Below are positions 58,592-64,000 of a stretch of DNA of 64,000 nt, one piece after another. The stretch is from the NCBI GenBank assembly GCA_963786105.1, contig CAWAXX010000009.1, forward strand, positions 1 to 64,000. Reading direction: 5' to 3'. The position numbers and the translations under genes are program-made. The DNA is from Vulcanimicrobiota bacterium. GTDB taxonomy: Bacteria; Vulcanimicrobiota; Vulcanimicrobiia; Vulcanimicrobiales; Vulcanimicrobiaceae. The notes beneath the pieces were generated by a model. It had not been told where the DNA came from. It was given only the letters and a program-made list of their open reading frames with translations, and did no database searches. Position 1 is the first letter of the stretch. Each line of letters starts with the position of its first letter.

Positions 58592-59569
58592 ATGAAAGCC
58601 GCCGTGTACGCTGCCTACGGAGGTCCCGACGTCCTGCAAATTCGCGACGTTCTAGACCCCGTTCCCAGCGACGACGAAGTGCTGCTTCGCGTGCGCGCGG
58701 CCTCGATTAATCCGCTCGACTGGCGAATGATGCGTGGTAGCCCGCCGGCATTTCGTCTGCTGTACGGTGGGCTGCGCAAGCCGACGGCCCGTCCCGGGCG
58801 CGACGTTGCAGGCGTGATCGCGGCCGTCGGCAAGAACGTCTCGCGGTTCAAACCCGGCGACGCAGTATTCGGCGCGTGCAAGGGAGCGTGCGCGGAGTAC
58901 GCGTGCGCAGCGGAGTCGCGATTGACGCGCAAACCGGATAATACGTCGTTCGAGCAAGCCGCCTCGGTGGCGGTGGCCGCGTTGACCGCTCTGCAGGGTT
59001 TACGCGATGTCGGTCGCGTTGGGCCCGGGCACAAAGTCTTGATCAACGGTGCGGCAGGTGGCGTGGGCACGTTCGCCGTGCAGCTCGCCAAGTCGTTTGG
59101 CGCCGAAGTCACCGGCGTCTGCAGCACGCGGAACGTCGAGATGGTGCGTTCGATCGGCGCCGATCGCGTCGTCGATTACAACAAAGAGGATTTCACAAAA
59201 AGCGAGCGAGATTACGACGTGCTTCTGGATTGCGTCGTCAACCATGCGTTATCGGAATACCGGGGAGTCCTGCGCCCCGACGGCACGTGCGTGATCGTCG
59301 GCGCACCGAAGAAGCTGTCCACGATCGGCCTTCTGAAGTATCTCGTCGAGCCCAGGCTCATGACGCGGTCGCAAGGACAGAAGTTCATCACCTTTATCGC
59401 GAAGCTAAACGAACGCGATTTGCCTGCGATGGCGGGGCTCTTGAAGAGCGGTAAGGTTACACCCGTTATCGATAGAGTCTATCCGCTAAGCGAGATTGCC
59501 CAAGCGGTCGGATACGTCGAGGCAGGGCACGCCCGTGGAAAAGTCGTGATAACCGTTAGCGATATTTAG
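58592..59569 (+). CDS. NAD(P)-dependent MDR-family alcohol dehydrogenase/quinone oxidoreductase
   Basis: INPLD, GRDVAG, INGAAGGVG, GHARGKVVI. Confidence 0.88.
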   Translation: MKAAVYAAYGGPDVLQIRDVLDPVPSDDEVLLRVRAASINPLDWRMMRGSPPAFRLLYGGLRKPTARPGRDVAGVIAAVGKNVSRFKPGDAVFGACKGACAEYACAAESRLTRKPDNTSFEQAASVAVAALTALQGLRDVGRVGPGHKVLINGAAGGVGTFAVQLAKSFGAEVTGVCSTRNVEMVRSIGADRVVDYNKEDFTKSERDYDVLLDCVVNHALSEYRGVLRPDGTCVIVGAPKKLSTIGLLKYLVEPRLMTRSQGQKFITFIAKLNERDLPAMAGLLKSGKVTPVIDRVYPLSEIAQAVGYVEAGHARGKVVITVSDI

Positions 59570-59840
59570 CCGCAAGACGCTCGGCGTACCATGCGGGCCA
59601 CGGCTGCGACGGCCCGAGCTTCGTGTATTGCTCGTCGAGCTCGACCAAGTCCCGAGTGAGGTGGCTGCGTATCGGCCGCCGCGCCAACGACTTCGCAAGC
59701 GCGGAGTGCGCGAGCAGCCAGTCGGAGTAAAACGTGGCCCAGTCGTCGTCGCTGCCGTCGGTGTCGGCGAATACCATGTGATGAATCTCACCGGCCTGAT
59801 TCAACAACTTCGCGATCGCCGCGCTGGCGTCTTCGGTCAT
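59556..59840 (-). CDS. Hypothetical protein
   Basis: 94 aa, ATGA-coupled to the DUF4386-like gene; HH...DG.DDDW..FY..WL motif. Confidence 0.65.
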   Translation of the reverse strand: MTEDASAAIAKLLNQAGEIHHMVFADTDGSDDDWATFYSDWLLAHSALAKSLARRPIRSHLTRDLVELDEQYTKLGPSQPWPAWYAERLAAKYR

Positions 59841-60559
59841 GGCTGACTCCTATCGGAAAGGGGCGTCGACCTTCGCCGGGGTTCCACCTTGGCACCCCTA
59901 ATCACGAGCCACAGCGCGATCGCGATTTCCCCGAAGAATGCAGGTTGCGAAACTGCAAACACCACGTCGCGGTATTGCGGCACGAGTAGGCCCGTCACGC
60001 TAAAGACCAAATAGGCGAAGCCTCCGACGAGCAACCAGATGCCCAAGAAACGCGGAAGGAAGCCCGACTTGATCGCCAGCACGCCAAATGGAAAGAGCCA
60101 GAGCCCCCAAAAGATTCCATTGAGGACGTTGCCTTGTGAATGAATGCGCAGGAATAGCGTCGCCAAGGCGTCCTGCTGCGGTTTTGCGAACGCTGCGAGA
60201 AAGTCGCCTCCGTTCACGACGATCAAGGCCGCCATCCAGTTCAGGGCGTTGATAAAAAAAATCGTGGCCGGGATAAGGCCACCGAGGATCACCATAAGGG
60301 TGGCGAGGCTTTGGTTCACTCCTTTGAACAACCGGTAAAGAGCGAGTGTGACCGCCAGACAGATGAGTCCGTTGAGGATGTCGCCGACGATGGCGAAACG
60401 GAAAAGCGTCTCGTGCGCTGAAATGTTGGTTGCGGTGGCGGTTGCATTTCCAGTCACGAACAGAACGTTGGGAACGTAGATGAGGCTGAAAGGCCCGACG
60501 AGCACCCCTAACAGATAGATGCCACCCGCGACGCGTGCGGCCTTGTCGATTTGATGCAT
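59837..60559 (-). CDS. DUF4386-like membrane protein
   Basis: ARVAGGIYL, FWGLWL, SGFLPRFLG, GEIAIALWL..G. Confidence 0.8.
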   Translation of the reverse strand: MHQIDKAARVAGGIYLLGVLVGPFSLIYVPNVLFVTGNATATATNISAHETLFRFAIVGDILNGLICLAVTLALYRLFKGVNQSLATLMVILGGLIPATIFFINALNWMAALIVVNGGDFLAAFAKPQQDALATLFLRIHSQGNVLNGIFWGLWLFPFGVLAIKSGFLPRFLGIWLLVGGFAYLVFSVTGLLVPQYRDVVFAVSQPAFFGEIAIALWLVIRGAKVEPRRRSTPLSDRSQP

Positions 60560-60756
60560 GCCTCAATCTCCTCTGCGCCGTACCGGCCCATCTACCCGTA
60601 CGGAGGCAAGATTGTTTCTGCAGCCGCACCGCGCGTCTTACGATCGAGGCGTCGATGGTTTCGAAGCAAGGCTAGTCCTGCACGTGCATCGAAACGACCG
60701 TTTATCGCGCATGTGGGCGCGGCACCCCTAGAAAAGCGATTTGGAGGCATTGCAGC

Positions 60757-61266
60757 GTGCTATCAACGCGACTACTGGCAGGTTGCGCACTGATTTTCTG
60801 TGCGCTGAGCCTCGGTCGTTCCGCGCTCGCGTCGAACGACGAATACCCCATTCCCTTCGACGCGCGGAGCGATCTTAAGGGAGATGCTCCCGTCTATCCG
60901 ACCGGTCCAACCAGTCTGGCACTAAAAGCAAACGGGTTACGGCTTTCGTGGATTATTCTCGTCCATCGTTCGTTCGACCAAGCCTTGTCGGAGGAGGCGG
61001 CGGCGCAAAAGGTTTACAACGCTCTCTTCGTTACCAATGCCGACGTAAAATATCCCAGCGGCGGCGCCTACGTCGTGATGGTTCTGTTCTACCCGAAGGT
61101 CGCCGAGGGTAAGATCCCTTTCGTGGCGTTCATTTTTTCGCGCGATGCAACGGGGAAGTGGGAACCTCGCTTCTCTACGAGCCCCGAGGAAACCAAAAAG
61201 ATCGCAACCATCGTGTTTCACAGTTCCAACTGGAATCCAACCGTTCAAGGGAGTCCCCCACCGTGA
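60757..61266 (+). CDS. Secreted hypothetical protein
   Basis: Signal peptide ending ALA; SD GGAGG. Confidence 0.6.
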   Translation: MLSTRLLAGCALIFCALSLGRSALASNDEYPIPFDARSDLKGDAPVYPTGPTSLALKANGLRLSWIILVHRSFDQALSEEAAAQKVYNALFVTNADVKYPSGGAYVVMVLFYPKVAEGKIPFVAFIFSRDATGKWEPRFSTSPEETKKIATIVFHSSNWNPTVQGSPPP

Positions 61267-61682
61267 TGGAAGCCGACGACGGCGTGCCGCGCATCACGCC
61301 CGAAGAGGCCAAGGCTATGATGGCCAGTGGGAACACGCTCGTCGTCGACGTGCGCGAAACGTTCGAACTCGTAAGGAGCGGTAAGGTTGCCGGCGCCGTG
61401 CACGTGCCGTGCGGCGCGTTAGAATTTCGCGCCGATTCGGCGACGCCGTATTACGACGACAATTTTGACAAGAACAAAACGATTATCCTCTACTGCGCTG
61501 TTGGCGAGCGCTCGTCGCTGTGTGGATCGATGCTCAAAGAGATGGGCTACACCAAGGTCTACAATCTTGGCGGTTTTGAGGATTGGGTCGACAGCGGCGG
61601 AGCCGTCGAGGCGTTTTCGCTAGACGTGGTCGGCGTGCCAACACGAGTCGGCGAAGCCCGACTCCCCAAGCGCGCGCACTAA
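61266..61682 (+). CDS. Rhodanese-like protein
   Basis: VDVRE, LYCAVGERS, NLGGF..W. Confidence 0.87.
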   Translation: MEADDGVPRITPEEAKAMMASGNTLVVDVRETFELVRSGKVAGAVHVPCGALEFRADSATPYYDDNFDKNKTIILYCAVGERSSLCGSMLKEMGYTKVYNLGGFEDWVDSGGAVEAFSLDVVGVPTRVGEARLPKRAH

Positions 61683-62579
61683 ACGCTTTCCTTCGATAGA
61701 AAGCGGTGCCGCCATGAAGATGGCCTGTTTGCGCTTGCGGACCGATCCCTTCGGCAGCGCCTCTCGCGCGCCGCTGGGCGGCAGCCAGCCGACGATGCGC
61801 TGCAAGTCGCCGGCGGCGGCGCGCAGAAGTGCCGGTATCGCCTCGGCCGCGGACGCACCCGCGAAACCGAACTCGTTCACGACGTAAGCATCCCGCTCGG
61901 GAACGCGCGCTCCCAAGACGTACGCTCCGACGCCACGGCCGTGCCGCACGACGAGGTTGGTTTCGTGTCCCGCACCCGACTCGGTATCCTGACGCATTCG
62001 CGCGCGCATATGCTCCCACACCAGCGGCGTCCGCAGAAACCCGGCCGGGCGGCTGCGCTCGCCGAGGTCGTAGCAGCGTTGCAGGCCGTTCCAGTCGCGC
62101 GGCGTCAACAGTTCGGGCGCAAGCCGAGCCGACGGCAGCGCGTCCGCGCGCAGCGTGATCTCCCGCGACGGTAGCTCCGTGAAGCCGAGCAACGCGTAGA
62201 ACTGCGGAAGAATGTCGGAGAAGAGGAACGCGGCGTCGTAGCCGGCGCCGCGCGCGCGGTCGAGCGCGGTTGCGAGCATGATACCGGCGTACCCACGCCG
62301 CCGGTGCTCGGGCGGCGTGAAGACCGCGCCGATTCCAAATGCGCGCAGCCTTCGGGTGCCGAGATGCATCAGCCGCTCGTAATGCTTGAACGACGCCACC
62401 ATGCGATTGCCGTCGAAAAGCCCCATCGTGCGATAATGGCGCCGGCCATACGGGCTGCGTGCGATCTCGAGCGTGTGGGATACGTAGGTGGGAAAATTGC
62501 GGCCCGCCGCCCACAGGGCTGCCGTGTGCGGTAAGACGTCGCGCACGTAGACGTCCGCGTCGACCGGTTGCAACTTCAC
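61620..62579 (-). CDS. GNAT acetyltransferase (Eis-like)
   Basis: GIGAVFTPPEHRRRGYA, FYALLGF. Confidence 0.8.
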   Translation of the reverse strand: MKLQPVDADVYVRDVLPHTAALWAAGRNFPTYVSHTLEIARSPYGRRHYRTMGLFDGNRMVASFKHYERLMHLGTRRLRAFGIGAVFTPPEHRRRGYAGIMLATALDRARGAGYDAAFLFSDILPQFYALLGFTELPSREITLRADALPSARLAPELLTPRDWNGLQRCYDLGERSRPAGFLRTPLVWEHMRARMRQDTESGAGHETNLVVRHGRGVGAYVLGARVPERDAYVVNEFGFAGASAAEAIPALLRAAAGDLQRIVGWLPPSGAREALPKGSVRKRKQAIFMAAPLSIEGKRLVRALGESGFADSCWHADHV

Positions 62580-64000
62580 GAGAGAACCTGCGATCCCGGA
62601 AGCCGCGCGTCGCGCAGCTCTTCCAGAAACTCCGGCGCGTGAACGCCCTTGGTGGCTGACTGCGACGCGGTCACTAAAGCGCTGACGCGTGCCCGCCGCA
62701 ACGCGTACACGAAGGCGCGGCGTTCCCGGTCGTTGTAGCGTTCGCGCGATCTATTTCGAAACGTGTAGTAGCTGAACTTCGCGGTGCGCGATGCTTGCGC
62801 CTCACCGGCGTTCTCCTTCGGAATCATCCCGAGCCGGGGGCTGAACAGGAAGGCGTCGGGCGAATACCAGCGTGGAAACGCGCCCGCTCGTACGTCGGCG
62901 ACGACGACGCGATCGAACTCGCGCCCGTACGCGGCTTCGACGCTGAGAACGCGCACCCCGACGTCTTCGGGTGCGTCTTCGCACGACTCCAGCTCGCTGT
63001 TCGCACGACGCTCCGCATACTCCAAAATGTCGGAGACGGTCGCTTCACCGTTCGTACGAGAGAAGGCCGTCAATCGCGCCAGCAGCCGCCGCAGAACGAG
63101 TTGCTGCGCGCGTTGTGACGCCGACCCGGCGGCACCCTCACGCGCGAGCGCGTCGCTCCAAACCATGCGTGCGAACTCTTCGAACGGTTTGTCGTACATC
63201 GCCGCCAGCCAGCCGAGGCGAAGTGCGCGGAACCGCTGCACGCGTTCGCGCGCGGCCGGCGACAGCTCCCCGTCTCGCTCCCCGCGCACGACGTTCCAAC
63301 CGAGCCGCAAATCGCGTTTCGGATCCCAGCGACTGGCACGCACGGTCGGGGCGCGTTCTTCGTCGAGAACGAACAGCGGCGTTTGAGGATTGGGCGGCTC
63401 GCCGCAAAGCGTGGCCAGCGACGCGTCCGAGAGCCCAAAAGCGGGATTCCCGAGCGTACGCAGCAGCCAGTCGTGCCGGAACGGATCGTACGCGTTCCAC
63501 AGCAAGGCCAACGCGTCGAGTGCCCGCCGATCGGCAAAAACGTTTGCGTCGCCGCCGGTGACGACCGAGACGTCGCGATCGAGCAGCGCACGTTCGTACG
63601 GCTCGACGTTCCGGATCGAGCGAAACAAGACGCCGATGCGATCGGGCGGAGTTCCTTCGTCGAGCCACTCCCGGACGCGTTCGGCAGCGAACGCGGCCTC
63701 CGCGCGAACCGAGGGCGCGCGGAACAAAAACAGTCGTGGTTCTACTCCGGTTGCGGTAATCGGTTCGGTCGAGATCAGGCGCCGGCAGGCGAGTTCTATA
63801 GCGGCCGGCGAGCGGTGCTGTTCGCGAAGTTCGAAACGTTGCGCCGCACCGTGGAGCGCGGCGTCACCTCCAGCCGCTCGCAGCCCGGAAAATGCCGACG
63901 CCGGATCGCCGCACAGGGTGACGCCGGCGAGGTCGGGCCCGAAGAGTTCCCGCAACAGCTGCAGCTCGGCGGCGGTCAGGTTTTCCGCATTGTCGACGAA
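62576..64000 (-). CDS. UvrD/AddAB-like helicase-family protein, degenerate motifs (partial, start outside window)
   Basis: HRS motif IV, IGVLFRS, SVEAAYGREFD (cf. TIHAAKGLEF), ERRAFVYALRRAR (cf. ERRLFYVA.TRA). Confidence 0.72.
   Translation of the reverse strand, partial: FVDNAENLTAAELQLLRELFGPDLAGVTLCGDPASAFSGLRAAGGDAALHGAAQRFELREQHRSPAAIELACRRLISTEPITATGVEPRLFLFRAPSVRAEAAFAAERVREWLDEGTPPDRIGVLFRSIRNVEPYERALLDRDVSVVTGGDANVFADRRALDALALLWNAYDPFRHDWLLRTLGNPAFGLSDASLATLCGEPPNPQTPLFVLDEERAPTVRASRWDPKRDLRLGWNVVRGERDGELSPAARERVQRFRALRLGWLAAMYDKPFEEFARMVWSDALAREGAAGSASQRAQQLVLRRLLARLTAFSRTNGEATVSDILEYAERRANSELESCEDAPEDVGVRVLSVEAAYGREFDRVVVADVRAGAFPRWYSPDAFLFSPRLGMIPKENAGEAQASRTAKFSYYTFRNRSRERYNDRERRAFVYALRRARVSALVTASQSATKGVHAPEFLEELRDARLPGSQVLS

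Noticed and set aside
1..64000. tRNA, rRNA, integrase, transposase, prophage or defence genes
   Set aside because: No recognisable signatures on manual reading.

Overview
GC-rich bacterial chromosomal window of mostly housekeeping genes. The gene set (HemQ/ChdC, Prp, split gcvPA/gcvPB, ScpAB, plus a LolA-like protein and Cys-rich lipoproteins) suggests a diderm Terrabacteria lineage such as Eremiobacterota; this is an inference only. Contents in order: an ECF sigma/anti-sigma/two-component envelope-stress locus; pyrK-pyrD-pyrF-pyrE; argS, rlmH, dprA; nrdR-dut-panE-like-hemQ; comM; a sodium:solute symporter and a sugar ABC transporter; an APC permease/USP unit; trmD-rplS-3x lepB-rbgA-rnhB-yraN; rplU-prp; sufB-Rieske-penicillin acylase; speD and speE; gcvTHPAPB; a cysteine dioxygenase/flavoprotein pair; scpAB-nfo; a CGNR regulator with dinB; and a degenerate UvrD-like gene. 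About nine genes carry frameshifts, including essential ones, most likely assembly indels. The most interesting signals are: (1) a ~190-nt speD leader with a predicted pseudoknot, a candidate polyamine riboswitch; (2) two genes that appear to start at non-canonical ATA/GTA codons overlapping the upstream TAA stop, plus a CTG-start nrdR; (3) two unannotated 45-46 aa proteins with their own promoters and operator-like palindromes; (4) two families of dispersed palindromic repeats. No tRNA, rRNA, CRISPR array or transposase was found.
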